Assembly: GCA_047628235.1 (NCBI GenBank)
Contig: JBLHPA010000002.1
Location: forward strand, 2,070 to 66,069
DNA from: Moritella sp.
GTDB taxonomy: Bacteria; Pseudomonadota; Gammaproteobacteria; Enterobacterales; Moritellaceae
Length of the DNA stretch: 64,000 nucleotides
Reading direction: 5' to 3'
The first letter of the stretch is position 1; each line of letters opens with the position of its first letter. The notes beneath the pieces were generated by a model that had not been told where the DNA came from, made no database searches, and worked only from the letters and a program-made list of their open reading frames with translations. The position numbers and the translations under genes were made by a program. Positions 10,706 to 20,637 of this stretch are shown in pieces.

Positions 10706-11909
10706 TACTAAAGACCAGCGTCGCGTTAGTGCCGCCGAAGCCAAAGCTGTTTGACATGATATTAGTGAGCTTGGCATCAATAGCTTTACCAGAAACGATA
10801 TCTAAACCTTGGGCTTTTTCATCCAGGTTTTGGATGTTAGCACTGGCTGCAATGAAATTATTTTCCATCATGATCAATGAATAGATAGCCTCATGTACAC
10901 CTGCAGCACCCAAAGCGTGACCAGTCAGTGATTTTGTCGCACTGATCTTCGGTGATTTATGACCAAACACAGCTTGAATAGCTTCTAATTCTTTGGTATC
11001 GCCTACTGGCGTTGAGGTACCATGTGTATTCAGGTAATCAATCTCACCATCAACGGTAGCTAGCGCCTGTTGCATACAACGTACAGCGCCTTCACCTGAT
11101 GGGGCAACCATATCGTAACCATCAGAAGTGGCACCATAACCAGTAATTTCAGCATAAATTTTAGCACCACGAGCAAGGGCATGTTCCAGTTCTTCAACAA
11201 CAACCATACCACCACCACCAGAGATAACAAAACCATCACGGTTGGCATCATAGGTACGCGATGCCTGCTCTGGTGTTTCGTTATATTTGGTAGATAATGC
11301 ACCCATAGCATCAAATTCCAGCGCCAACGTCCAATCAATCTCTTCACCGCCACCGGCAAATACGACATCTTGCTTGCCAAGCTGGATCTGCTCTACCGCA
11401 TGACCGATACAGTGCGCACTTGTGGCGCATGCAGAAGTAATGGAATAACTTGGACCTTTAATTTTAAAGGGCGTTGCCAGGCAAGCAGAAATGGTGCTCG
11501 ACATTGTACGAGTAACCATATACGGTCCCACACGCTTAACGCTTTTACTACGAGCTATGTCTACAGAATCAACAACATTTTTTGAAGACGCACCACCGGA
11601 GCCAGCAATCAACCCGGTTCGCACATTAGAGACTTGCTGTTCTGTTAAACCAGCGTCGTCAATCGCTTCTTGCATCGCAATATAGCTAAAAGCGGCTGCA
11701 TCGCCCATGAAACGCATAACTTTACGATCAATGATTTCTTTAGGATCAAGATTAACAGTACCGCAGACATGGCTACGTAACTTCTGTTCAGCAAACTCTG
11801 GCGCAAACTCTATACCACTGTTGCCTGATTTAAGTGACTCACATACTTCTGCTTTATTGTTACCGATACTCGATACAATACCGATACCTGTTATAACCGC
11901 TCTTTTCAT
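10692..11909 (-). CDS. fabB: Beta-ketoacyl-ACP synthase I
   Basis: [10 protein letters not shown] (Cys), [22 protein letters not shown]. Confidence 0.98.
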   Translation of the reverse strand: MKRAVITGIGIVSSIGNNKAEVCESLKSGNSGIEFAPEFAEQKLRSHVCGTVNLDPKEIIDRKVMRFMGDAAAFSYIAMQEAIDDAGLTEQQVSNVRTGLIAGSGGASSKNVVDSVDIARSKSVKRVGPYMVTRTMSSTISACLATPFKIKGPSYSITSACATSAHCIGHAVEQIQLGKQDVVFAGGGEEIDWTLALEFDAMGALSTKYNETPEQASRTYDANRDGFVISGGGGMVVVEELEHALARGAKIYAEITGYGATSDGYDMVAPSGEGAVRCMQQALATVDGEIDYLNTHGTSTPVGDTKELEAIQAVFGHKSPKISATKSLTGHALGAAGVHEAIYSLIMMENNFIAASANIQNLDEKAQGLDIVSGKAIDAKLTNIMSNSFGFGGTNATLVFSKFDK

Positions 11910-12012
11910 GTTATTCCCTAATATATAATTATTACGTTATTCTTACTTATTTTTTAACTGTATCTGGTCTGCTTTCCCTATAATCAGGTAGAATTATGAC
12001 CGTTTTATTAAT

Positions 12013-14052
12013 TTGCTGCATAAGGATATAATTTTGTCTCACGATAACATTACTAACGCTGACGTCATCTGGGATCAACAGGGCATACCAGTGTCGTCTT
12101 ATTTTGATGACCGTTATTTTTCAGCCGAAAGTGGTTTAGCTGAAAGCCGTTATGTTTTTCTGCAACAAAACAATCTTTTCCAACGCTGGTTAAAGCATGA
12201 CCAGCCCTTCTACGTTATCGCCGAAACAGGGTTTGGTACTGGGCGCAATTTCTTAGCTGCCTGGCACTTATTTAGTCAGTTTAGGCGGGCACACCCTGAA
12301 GCAACATGCCAACGCTTACACATGATCAGTTTTGAAAAATTCCCACTGTCTCAACAAGACCTAACCAAAGCGCTCGCTGCTTGGCCTCATATCTCTAATT
12401 ATAGCAAAGCATTAGCAGACCAGTATCCCATTGCGACACCGGATTGTCACCGTCTAAAATTTGCCGACGATCAAATAGTACTCGATTTATGGTTTGGGGA
12501 TATCAAAGAGACATTACCAAAACTGTATATTCCCAATACAGGTCTGGTAGACAGTTGGTTTTTAGATGGTTTTGCTCCCAGCAAGAATCCGCAGATGTGG
12601 ACCGATGTATTATTTCGCGGCATGTACAAGCTAGCCCGTAATAACGCGACTTTTTCCACATTTACCGCCTCTGGTTTTGTTCGTCGCGGTTTAATTTCCG
12701 CCGGATGGACGGTAATAAAGCGCAAAGGTTTTGGCCGGAAAAAGGAAATGCTGCTTGGTCACATTGATTCAAAACCCGAGCATATCAGTATTACCCCCTG
12801 GTTTAACCGAACGCCTGGAGTGGGCAATAAAGTCGCAATTATTGGTGGCGGAATAGCCTCCGCATTTAGTGCTTTAAGTCTAACTTCTCGCGGTTATCAG
12901 GTTGAATTATATTGTAAAGATGCACAGTTTGCCGACGGTGCGTCGGGTAATAAACAAGGTGCGGTGTATCCCTTATTGAACGGATTGGATGAAGCGCAAC
13001 AGCAATTCTACTTGAGCGCATTTCTTTATATGCGCCGTTTTACGGAAAAATTTGCACAACAGGCTGAGTTTGATTATGGTTTTTCCGGCGTGCTTCAACT
13101 TGCCTACAATGCAGAAAAATATAAAAAGTTACAAAAAATCTATGATTATAAATTTCCAGCTGAGATTGTGTCCTGGCACGATGCCCGCTCATTGAGTGAG
13201 TTAGCCAAGGTCGACATTCCCCACCCAGGATTGCACTTTCCACTGGGTTTCTGGGCCTGTCCAGCACAAATAACCAAAGAACTGCTACGTTTGGCTGGTC
13301 TTAGCGGCAGATTAACGACGCACCTCAATAGCGAAGTCTCTGCATTAAACCAGACCGAAACAGGCTGGCAACTCTCAATGGCAGATAGCGCTGCTGGCTC
13401 TAATGCCTCTGCCGACATAGTGATCATGGCTGCGGGTCATCACACCCTTAAATTCAAGCAATTTTCCGACTTGCCCCTATCGCCAGTTCGCGGTCAGGTG
13501 ACCAACATTACCACCCATAAATCTTACGTTAAACTTGCTAAAGTCCTCTGTTATAACGGTTACATGGCGCCGCTTAACGGAGCTAAAACCCATCACTGTA
13601 TCGGTGCCAGTTATATTCGAGAAAATACCACTACCCATTTCAGTGCCCAGGAACAAAACCAAAATAAAGAAAACCTAGTGCATTGTCTTGCCCCTGAAAA
13701 ATGGCCTGAGCATGTGCCCTTGGAAGATGCCAGCGACCTCAGCCGCATTCGCTGTGCCTATCGCGATCACCTGCCCTTTGTAGGCAATGCCGCCGATCTG
13801 CGCCAGTCAAAACAAATTTATACTCAATTTCAGCTCTCAGACAATCAACATCCCGCGCCGGTATTTACTAATTTATATCTTAATAGTGCGTTGGGGGCTC
13901 GTGGGGTCTGCTCTGCCGCCTTGACCAGCGAGATCTTGGCCAGTCAAATAGCGGGAGAGCCACTCCCCGTACCATCCTCTGTTCTGCAGGCTATAAATCC
14001 GAATAGGGTATGGATCAATACCATCTTTAAAGGACGTCCGTTTAAAGCATAG
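12013..14052 (+). CDS. mnmC: Bifunctional tRNA mnm5s2U34 enzyme MnmC (start may be TTG 12034)
   Basis: AETGFGTG, WFLDGFAPSKNPQMW, IIGGGIA FAD motif, GASGNKQG; divergent from fabB. Confidence 0.96.
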   Translation: MLHKDIILSHDNITNADVIWDQQGIPVSSYFDDRYFSAESGLAESRYVFLQQNNLFQRWLKHDQPFYVIAETGFGTGRNFLAAWHLFSQFRRAHPEATCQRLHMISFEKFPLSQQDLTKALAAWPHISNYSKALADQYPIATPDCHRLKFADDQIVLDLWFGDIKETLPKLYIPNTGLVDSWFLDGFAPSKNPQMWTDVLFRGMYKLARNNATFSTFTASGFVRRGLISAGWTVIKRKGFGRKKEMLLGHIDSKPEHISITPWFNRTPGVGNKVAIIGGGIASAFSALSLTSRGYQVELYCKDAQFADGASGNKQGAVYPLLNGLDEAQQQFYLSAFLYMRRFTEKFAQQAEFDYGFSGVLQLAYNAEKYKKLQKIYDYKFPAEIVSWHDARSLSELAKVDIPHPGLHFPLGFWACPAQITKELLRLAGLSGRLTTHLNSEVSALNQTETGWQLSMADSAAGSNASADIVIMAAGHHTLKFKQFSDLPLSPVRGQVTNITTHKSYVKLAKVLCYNGYMAPLNGAKTHHCIGASYIRENTTTHFSAQEQNQNKENLVHCLAPEKWPEHVPLEDASDLSRIRCAYRDHLPFVGNAADLRQSKQIYTQFQLSDNQHPAPVFTNLYLNSALGARGVCSAALTSEILASQIAGEPLPVPSSVLQAINPNRVWINTIFKGRPFKA

Positions 14053-14169
14053 CCATCAACTCAGCAGTATCAGCGGAGAAGGAAAAGGAAAACGGAAGTA
14101 AGTAAGGAATCAGCCACCAGCTGTACCGGTGTTGAACGGCTCAGCTGGCCTATATTAGATTATTATCAG

Positions 14170-15183
14170 CTAGCTAAACTGACGGTTAAAGCCTTGCACG
14201 CTTTTCACTGTGTCTTGCCATAATGACGTCATTTGCAATTCATCTAACGAAAAGTGGCTGTTATGGTTTAAACCAAGATTATTTATCTGCAGATTATGGT
14301 CTATTCCGTCTAAGAGCGTGATAACACCCGACCTGTCGTTACAAGCAAGCAGCAGATCACAACCAGCCCAGATAGCGTGTTCCGCTCGCGCTAAGTAGTC
14401 GCCTGCGACACTGGCACCCTGCATCGACAAGTCATCAGAAAAAATCGCCCCGGTAAAACCCAACTGCTGTCTTAATACTGTTTGCAACCAGTGCCGGGAA
14501 AAACCGGCCGCTTTTTCATCAACCTGTTGATAAATAACATGCGCAGGCATGATAGCATCGAGATGCCCTTGCGCAATTAATGTTTTAAAGGGCAATAAGT
14601 CTGCATGCTCAATCTGCGCAAAGCTACGTTTATCAATAGGCAATGCGATATGTGAATCAGCAAGTACACTGCCATGTCCCGGAAAGTGCTTACCTGTCGT
14701 TTTCATGCCCGCTTTATGCATTCCCATACAAAGCTGAGCAGAAAGATCGGTTACCCAGGTCGGGTCTGCATGAAATGAACGGTCACCAATCACCTGACTG
14801 CCACGTTCGAGATCAAGCACCGGCGCAAAGCTCAGATCAATGTCAAAGGCTAATAATTCCGCCGCTAACAGCCAACCACATTGCTGCGTGAACTGCTTTG
14901 CTCGCGCTCGATCATCACCGTAAAGTTCGACTATCTTACCCATCGCGGGGATGCGGCTAAACTGTTCTCGAAAACGTTGAACCCGTCCACCTTCATGATC
15001 AACAGCAATGACTATCGGTGCCAATGCAGCTCTGCGGATAGACGTGATTAATGCCTTTAACTGCGCATGATCGCCGTAATTACGACTGAATAAAATCAAA
15101 CCACCCGTCAGCGGATGAGCCAAGATCTCTTTATCTTCGGCTGTTAATTCATAACCGGCAACATCTACAACTATAGGTCCCAC
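14170..15183 (-). CDS. nagZ: Beta-N-acetylhexosaminidase
   Basis: VDHEGGRVQRF, KHFPGHG..DSH GH3 motifs. Confidence 0.97.
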   Translation of the reverse strand: MGPIVVDVAGYELTAEDKEILAHPLTGGLILFSRNYGDHAQLKALITSIRRAALAPIVIAVDHEGGRVQRFREQFSRIPAMGKIVELYGDDRARAKQFTQQCGWLLAAELLAFDIDLSFAPVLDLERGSQVIGDRSFHADPTWVTDLSAQLCMGMHKAGMKTTGKHFPGHGSVLADSHIALPIDKRSFAQIEHADLLPFKTLIAQGHLDAIMPAHVIYQQVDEKAAGFSRHWLQTVLRQQLGFTGAIFSDDLSMQGASVAGDYLARAEHAIWAGCDLLLACNDRSGVITLLDGIDHNLQINNLGLNHNSHFSLDELQMTSLWQDTVKSVQGFNRQFS

Positions 15184-16073
15184 TGAGATTCCTTATTTAA
15201 TTTTTTTATTTTTTGGGCCAAGGCAAGCTCTGACTGCTGCCACAATGTATGGTAGCTCTCTGCCTGGTTTTGCTGATACATGAGGATACACCACAACAAT
15301 GTCATCATTTCTACCACTACCGCCATCTTATCAAGCTGTGAAGCATCGACCTGAGCGCCCGGATAATATTGATTATACAGAAGCAAGAAGGCCGCTTGCT
15401 CCGATTGCTGCCAGGCAAACGTTTGAAACAGAGTGACGATATCAAAATCACAATGCCCTGCAGCAGCGAACTCCCAGTCGAGCAAGTGTAATTTACCCTG
15501 CTGATCAAGCAGGAAATTAAGAGGATTCATGTCATGGTGACAGAAACCATACCGAGTTTCGACCAGGCCATGGTTGATTAGTCGCAGCGTGAGCTTCAGT
15601 TGTGCCGAGAGCTGCGTAGTTTGATAATCCGGCTGCAGTTGGCCATAGTAATGCTGTAACCGAGATGCCATATCGAGCTGATGTTTGGGCACAGGGAGCT
15701 GATGTAAATCAGCAACCAACTTTGCTAATTTCGCTATGTTAGCAGGATCACCTTGCGCGGCATTATCCCAATGTTCACCTTCTACCCACTCACTGATAAT
15801 GCCCTGCTCACAGTTGTATACGATGTGTGGAGCCAATCCCATTAGTGCCGCTTGGTTCTGAGCTGCAACCTCATGACGAGGATTATTATCAAACTGCGAA
15901 TAAACTGAGCCAAATTGTCGCACGAAATAAACACACCGCTGCCCTGTTTGGGTGAAAGTCAGCTGATAATTTAGATTACTCAAACCGCCTGAAAGCGGAG
16001 CTAAGCGAAACGGTTCAGGACAAAAATCTTGGACAAATGCTGGCGGAGTTATCGCTGATTTAGGGGTTATCAT
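15171..16073 (-). CDS. Choline/thiamine kinase-like (APH family) phosphotransferase
   Basis: LSGGLSN, HHDMNPLN, LDWEFA; lies at the thiK/ycfN position. Confidence 0.8.
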   Translation of the reverse strand: MITPKSAITPPAFVQDFCPEPFRLAPLSGGLSNLNYQLTFTQTGQRCVYFVRQFGSVYSQFDNNPRHEVAAQNQAALMGLAPHIVYNCEQGIISEWVEGEHWDNAAQGDPANIAKLAKLVADLHQLPVPKHQLDMASRLQHYYGQLQPDYQTTQLSAQLKLTLRLINHGLVETRYGFCHHDMNPLNFLLDQQGKLHLLDWEFAAAGHCDFDIVTLFQTFAWQQSEQAAFLLLYNQYYPGAQVDASQLDKMAVVVEMMTLLWCILMYQQNQAESYHTLWQQSELALAQKIKKLNKESQWDL

Positions 16074-16101
16074 AGCAAGGGTTATCGCAGCCTAGTTTAA
16101 T

Positions 16102-16599
16102 TCAAGATGTTAATGCAAACGTGTCAATCGCTTGAATTTCGACCGTATTGAATTTGTTATTAATTAACTGAAAGGTTAACTTAAAGTGGTCAGAAGATCC
16201 AACGTCCGAGGGAACCAAAGTGATCGCCAGCAGATAACCGGGCCGACCAACTAGAGAGATTTGATTCGTCTGTTTCGGATCTAATACCTGGATGTCAAAC
16301 CAGCCAGTGCGAGCAAATACCTTTGCACTGGTTGTCTGTAGATCATCGCCAAGCACCGGAATGTCGATATCGACGTGAGGAAATAAGATGCGTAATGGCT
16401 GTGAATGCTTAAAACTACCTTGCGAAAAATACGGACTTTGCAATAACTGCAAGCTTAATTGCTTAACCTTAACAGTAAGCAGATGCTCTAACTCTGCTTC
16501 TTTCGGATGGGAAACTAGCATATATTCATCTGTTTTAGCTGAACAGGCACTTAGTAATATAGCGCCAACAAAATAAATCAAAACTCGCTTTAAGTTCAT
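16102..16599 (-). CDS. Lipoprotein, possibly a divergent LpoB-like protein
   Basis: Lipobox LSAC; lies between hinT and kinase-nagZ. Confidence 0.6.
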   Translation of the reverse strand: MNLKRVLIYFVGAILLSACSAKTDEYMLVSHPKEAELEHLLTVKVKQLSLQLLQSPYFSQGSFKHSQPLRILFPHVDIDIPVLGDDLQTTSAKVFARTGWFDIQVLDPKQTNQISLVGRPGYLLAITLVPSDVGSSDHFKLTFQLINNKFNTVEIQAIDTFALTS

Positions 16600-16678
16600 T
16601 CAACGCCTATTTGTTAATTATCCTGCAGGGATATAAACTGAGCCATATTATCCACTTGATTACGGCTCCATTTAAATA

Positions 16679-16738
16679 AATACCCATGACTATTCGAAAT
16701 ACAGAAATCAGCGAGTATTTTGAAGGGGCTTGGGTATA
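16679..16738. mobile_element. Internally deleted 60-bp MITE (ERIC-like family)
   Basis: ATACCCATGAC..CAGCGAG joined to GTATTTTGAAGGGGCTTGGGTATA; both ends match the termini of 32764-33028. Confidence 0.7.
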
Positions 16739-16748
16739 TAACGTCGAA

Positions 16749-17099
16749 TTATAACGTCACCATGGTACCCAACTGTTGTCCGCCAACCAGATGCATGTGT
16801 AAGTGAGGCACTTCCTGACGACCGTGCTGATTACAATTCACAATTAATCGATAACCGTTTTCAGCAATGCCTTCTTGCTGCGCAATTTTTTTGGCGACGG
16901 TAAATAATCGACCCAAAGCTAATTCGTCAGCTTCACATACGTCATTGCTTGTTGGGATCAGCTTATTCGGGATAATCAACACATGGGTTGGTGTTTTCGG
17001 GTTTATGTCACGAAAAGCAGTAACCAACTCATCTTGATATAAAATATCCGCTGGGATCTCTTTATCAATAATTTTACGAAAAATAGTTTCTTCAGCCAT
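16749..17099 (-). CDS. hinT: HIT-family purine nucleoside phosphoramidase
   Basis: [20 protein letters not shown] histidine triad. Confidence 0.96.
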   Translation of the reverse strand: MAEETIFRKIIDKEIPADILYQDELVTAFRDINPKTPTHVLIIPNKLIPTSNDVCEADELALGRLFTVAKKIAQQEGIAENGYRLIVNCNQHGRQEVPHLHMHLVGGQQLGTMVTL

Positions 17100-17373
17100 T
17101 ATTTTACTTCCATTTCAAAATTAAGTTCTTCAATAATAGGTGAAAACTAGCCGAAATACAGCTCTAATCATAAATTGATCATAACAAGTGCACTAAGATT
17201 GATTAGTCCATTATTTTTGTTCAAGAGAGATGTTTCGCTAAGTATGGTCATTATTTCTCACCTGCGAATGCTCGTTTTTATTATTTTGAGTCAAACAACA
17301 AAAAGCTCACGACAAATGATTTTGCCGCGGGCTTTTATTACAATTAAGTGATAATGGCTACAAGTCTTTAAAC

Positions 17374-18246
17374 CTAGGCAGAAGCAATTGCGCCCTTACC
17401 CACACCTTCGTAAGCAAATACGGTTAATTCTTCACTGCAATCTTGTGCCAATGTATCGGCGATGTATTGTGCAATATTTTCAACCGTGGTTTCTGCAGGC
17501 AACATTTCTACAACAGTCTTGCTAATTGCCAGCTGGAACTCACCTTGTGGCGCCTGGTATTTAAAGCAATAGTGCCGCGGTGTTAATGCATTCATTCCCG
17601 CTTGAGAAAGTGACAGTTCGGCTGCCGACACCCTATCGCAACGCTCTGCCAGGTAGATATCGTTCCAACGCGTTGCCCACTTAACTTCTAGCTCTGTGTC
17701 ACGTACATTATCACGTAGGATCTCAATCATGGAGCGGTGCCCATGGGCAATGCGCTGGCAATTGCCTAAATGCTTGCGTAAACCGTGGCTATAGCAATAT
17801 TGCGCCCCTTCGATTTGCTCTTCGCGTAACTTAACATCAAGCTGCTTGATGTTATTTGGCAATCTTAACATCAACTGCTCAGTCAAATACGCTTCCAAAC
17901 TGGCCGGTGTGATCTTATCGGTAGGCAGCAATGCAAAAGCCTGATCGGGACAAGCCAAATGAATAGACTCATCTTGTGTACGCCAAGCATCAACAAAGGT
18001 TAAGGCGCCATCACTCATTACATCACAAAATTCAGCGTGAGCGGGCACGATAAGTTTATGGTCAACCAGCTCATCAACCGTTGATTTGATCAGCTTTTTG
18101 ACAATGCCAAAATCAAGCACCATGTTTTGTTCATTCAGATCGCCATGAAGGACAATATCCACTAACCAGCTTTGGCCTATTATGCCGCGTGTATAATCCA
18201 ATACTGAAGAGTCGATGACAGTAAGATCTCTGACGAAAAGTTTCAT
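17374..18246 (-). CDS. Tandem-domain QueD/PTPS-like 6-carboxytetrahydropterin synthase
   Basis: MVLDFG..DH and YSHGLRKHLGNCQRIAHGHRS..TTVENIA T-fold motifs. Confidence 0.8.
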   Translation of the reverse strand: MKLFVRDLTVIDSSVLDYTRGIIGQSWLVDIVLHGDLNEQNMVLDFGIVKKLIKSTVDELVDHKLIVPAHAEFCDVMSDGALTFVDAWRTQDESIHLACPDQAFALLPTDKITPASLEAYLTEQLMLRLPNNIKQLDVKLREEQIEGAQYCYSHGLRKHLGNCQRIAHGHRSMIEILRDNVRDTELEVKWATRWNDIYLAERCDRVSAAELSLSQAGMNALTPRHYCFKYQAPQGEFQLAISKTVVEMLPAETTVENIAQYIADTLAQDCSEELTVFAYEGVGKGAIASA

Positions 18247-18306
18247 CTAATTTATATCCTTATATGCTTAACACCATGAGTATAGTTTTAAGTCGATTTA
18301 TAGCCG

Positions 18307-18702
18307 CTATTTTTGAGCGTCGTATTCATCTTTAAAAGCAGCATTTAGCTCTGCACTGTCAACCACCACAACTTCTTGGCCTATTTTGGGAAATACCGAG
18401 ATAACCACACCATCAGCAGCCAGACCAGGCAGCCAATTATTACGCCAGGCAGACATTTCAATTCTAAGCGGTTGGCACTGTGCCCAGTCATCTTTAATCC
18501 ACTCACTGGCGAACTCGGCATGTGGCCAAACAGGAATACTTCTTTCGTCCTCGACTTGGCTTACCACAAATCCGTTTTCATCCGCTAAAGTCCATAACTC
18601 TTCCGATTTTACCGCGCGAAAGACAAAATAGTTAAACCTTGCTTCAGGTGACTTTTCTACTGCGTCAGCAGTTTGTTTATCATGAATTTTAAATGTCATC
18701 AT
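18307..18702 (-). CDS. DUF2750 family protein
   Basis: ELWTLADENG..PVWPHAEFA..WLPGL..VFP pattern; paralog at 42702. Confidence 0.8.
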   Translation of the reverse strand: MMTFKIHDKQTADAVEKSPEARFNYFVFRAVKSEELWTLADENGFVVSQVEDERSIPVWPHAEFASEWIKDDWAQCQPLRIEMSAWRNNWLPGLAADGVVISVFPKIGQEVVVVDSAELNAAFKDEYDAQK

Positions 18703-18739
18703 CGTCTCTCAAAAAACCGTTTTTTACGGTTTTGAATAA

Positions 18740-18800
18740 TGTTTATCTAGAAAAAAATCGTGTCTAGCTAGAAATAGACTCGTGTTTATCTAGAAATAAA
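18740..18800. repeat. Three imperfect direct repeats (21-22 bp period)
   Basis: TGTTTATCTAGAAA / TGTCTAGCTAGAAA / TGTTTATCTAGAAA at 18740, 18761, 18783. Confidence 0.8.
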
Positions 18801-18861
18801 AGTTGCTGCGGATTGTACGCTGCACACTAATAAATACCAAGTAAAACGACTCAATGTCGTT

Positions 18862-19770
18862 TTACTTCTGCGCCAACGCCGCTTTTCGCAAATAACGAGG
18901 CAGCATGGTTTCATTACCTTGTAGACCGCCTTGGTGGATATATAAAATGGGGCGCGGATCTGTGTCTTGTGCATTGAACTGCGCTTGCAAACATAACCAA
19001 GCCTGCGGGTCATAGAGTAATTCAAATTCAATGTCAGTTGTCGCTTTAAGCTGTAACCAAATTTGATAAAACTCGGGGTAAAGTTTACCAAAATGATATT
19101 TTTTCGGCGTGGTTAAGATTGTGGGATGTAAAGATTCATCCGCACACAACTGGGTGAATTGCTGCTTTAAATAGTTATCACCACCGACACAGGCACAGGT
19201 TTGCACTTCAAAAGGTAAATTTTTTTGCAAGAATAAGGCAGTAGTGCCCGTACCGGAGGGAAGCACAACGCGAATATCCGATAAGCACTGCACTTTTGCC
19301 CAAGCCACAATCTCTTCCGCCAATATCTTGATCCCCGATTCTGCGTACAGACAGCGCCCACCTTCAGGAATAAACAGTGCAGCCTGTTCATTAGGGATCA
19401 CCTGTTGCTGGATATAATCACTCACAGAGTCAGTCGCAGGAGGCACGACAATAATATTAGCCCCGTTCGCCAGCGCGGCGCGGTAATTACCTTGCGGGTT
19501 GGCGGCCAAATAACCCGGTAAATGATCAATATAATAATCTAATTGACACTGCTTTAATTGCGCCAGTACAGACAGGGAATAGAGTGAATTCGCCTGCGCC
19601 GAACCATGGCCGATAAGCTTATTAACCTGGGTAAGATCCTGCTGCAAGAAATGATAAAACTTCCTGGCTTTATTGCCGCTAAAAGCAACATCCAATAGAT
19701 CATCACGTTTAACATAAACACAGTGTTGGTTAAACAGGATCTCATTAACCGGGGTATTTTTTAATTTCAC
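18862..19770 (-). CDS. PLP-dependent ACC deaminase/D-cysteine desulfhydrase family protein
   Basis: KRDD..SGNKARK, IPEGG, SGTGTT, YIHQGG. Confidence 0.88.
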   Translation of the reverse strand: MKLKNTPVNEILFNQHCVYVKRDDLLDVAFSGNKARKFYHFLQQDLTQVNKLIGHGSAQANSLYSLSVLAQLKQCQLDYYIDHLPGYLAANPQGNYRAALANGANIIVVPPATDSVSDYIQQQVIPNEQAALFIPEGGRCLYAESGIKILAEEIVAWAKVQCLSDIRVVLPSGTGTTALFLQKNLPFEVQTCACVGGDNYLKQQFTQLCADESLHPTILTTPKKYHFGKLYPEFYQIWLQLKATTDIEFELLYDPQAWLCLQAQFNAQDTDPRPILYIHQGGLQGNETMLPRYLRKAALAQK

Positions 19771-19788
19771 AAATGATAGCCTATCAAC

Positions 19789-20565
19789 TCAGGATCCGAG
19801 TGTCGCGGACACAATAAACTGGTGACCACGCACTTGCATTAATTCAGTTTCAACATCATAAACGTGCTTGATCCTCGCCGCTGTCAAGATCTGCTCGGCA
19901 GAGCCCTGTCCCTCGACTCGACCCGCTTTTAACAGCAATACTTCGGAGGCGTGGTTAAGCGCTAAATTAAGGTCATGCACAGAAGCGATAACAGTAACGC
20001 CCTGCTGAGCAAACTCTTCCAATATCTTCAACAGTTCAATCTGATGTTTCAAATCCAGACCAGTCAGCGGTTCATCAAGCAGGCATAACGTCGCTTGTTT
20101 GTTTAAAACAGGGGTAACTTGCAGTAGGGTGCGCGCGATTAAAACACGCTGCCACTCACCACCTGAAAGCTGGTCACAGTTACGTTGCGCCAACCTAGTA
20201 ATATCTAACCGTGACAATAACTGATTGATCACACTGCGTGCCTGCGTGTCTTCCAGACTAAGTCCTAAAGGATGCAAACCAAGCGAAATATACTGATACA
20301 CAGGAATAGCAAATGGCGGTGGTGAAGCTTGTGGTAACCAGGCTCGCTGACGTGCCAGTTCGCTAATACTGTAATCGCTAATAGCCCGCCCCAAAAACAA
20401 GTATTCACCCTTGGTAAATTGATAGTGGCCGGCCAAAATAGCCAATAATGTGCTTTTCCCGCAACCATTCGGCCCGAGTAAAAACAAGCAACTGCCCGCA
20501 CTCACCGTTATATCAATATCGAGTAAGCGCTGCTTGTAACTTAGCTGAGTTAATTTAAGCAGCAT
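19789..20565 (-). CDS. btuD: Vitamin B12 ABC transporter ATPase
   Basis: GPNGCGKST, LSGGEWQRV, LLDEP, HDLN. Confidence 0.85.
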   Translation of the reverse strand: MLLKLTQLSYKQRLLDIDITVSAGSCLFLLGPNGCGKSTLLAILAGHYQFTKGEYLFLGRAISDYSISELARQRAWLPQASPPPFAIPVYQYISLGLHPLGLSLEDTQARSVINQLLSRLDITRLAQRNCDQLSGGEWQRVLIARTLLQVTPVLNKQATLCLLDEPLTGLDLKHQIELLKILEEFAQQGVTVIASVHDLNLALNHASEVLLLKAGRVEGQGSAEQILTAARIKHVYDVETELMQVRGHQFIVSATLGS

Positions 20566-20580
20566 CTATTACCTCCATAC

Positions 20581-20631
20581 ATTGCCTTCACAAGGCGATT
20601 CCCTTCATGATGCTGTTGCCTTCACAAGGAT
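20581..20631. repeat. 17-bp imperfect tandem repeat x3 between btuC and btuD
   Basis: ATTGCCTTCACAAGGCG / ATTCCCTTCATGATGCT / GTTGCCTTCACAAGGAT. Confidence 0.75.
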
Positions 20632-20637
20632 AGCAGC

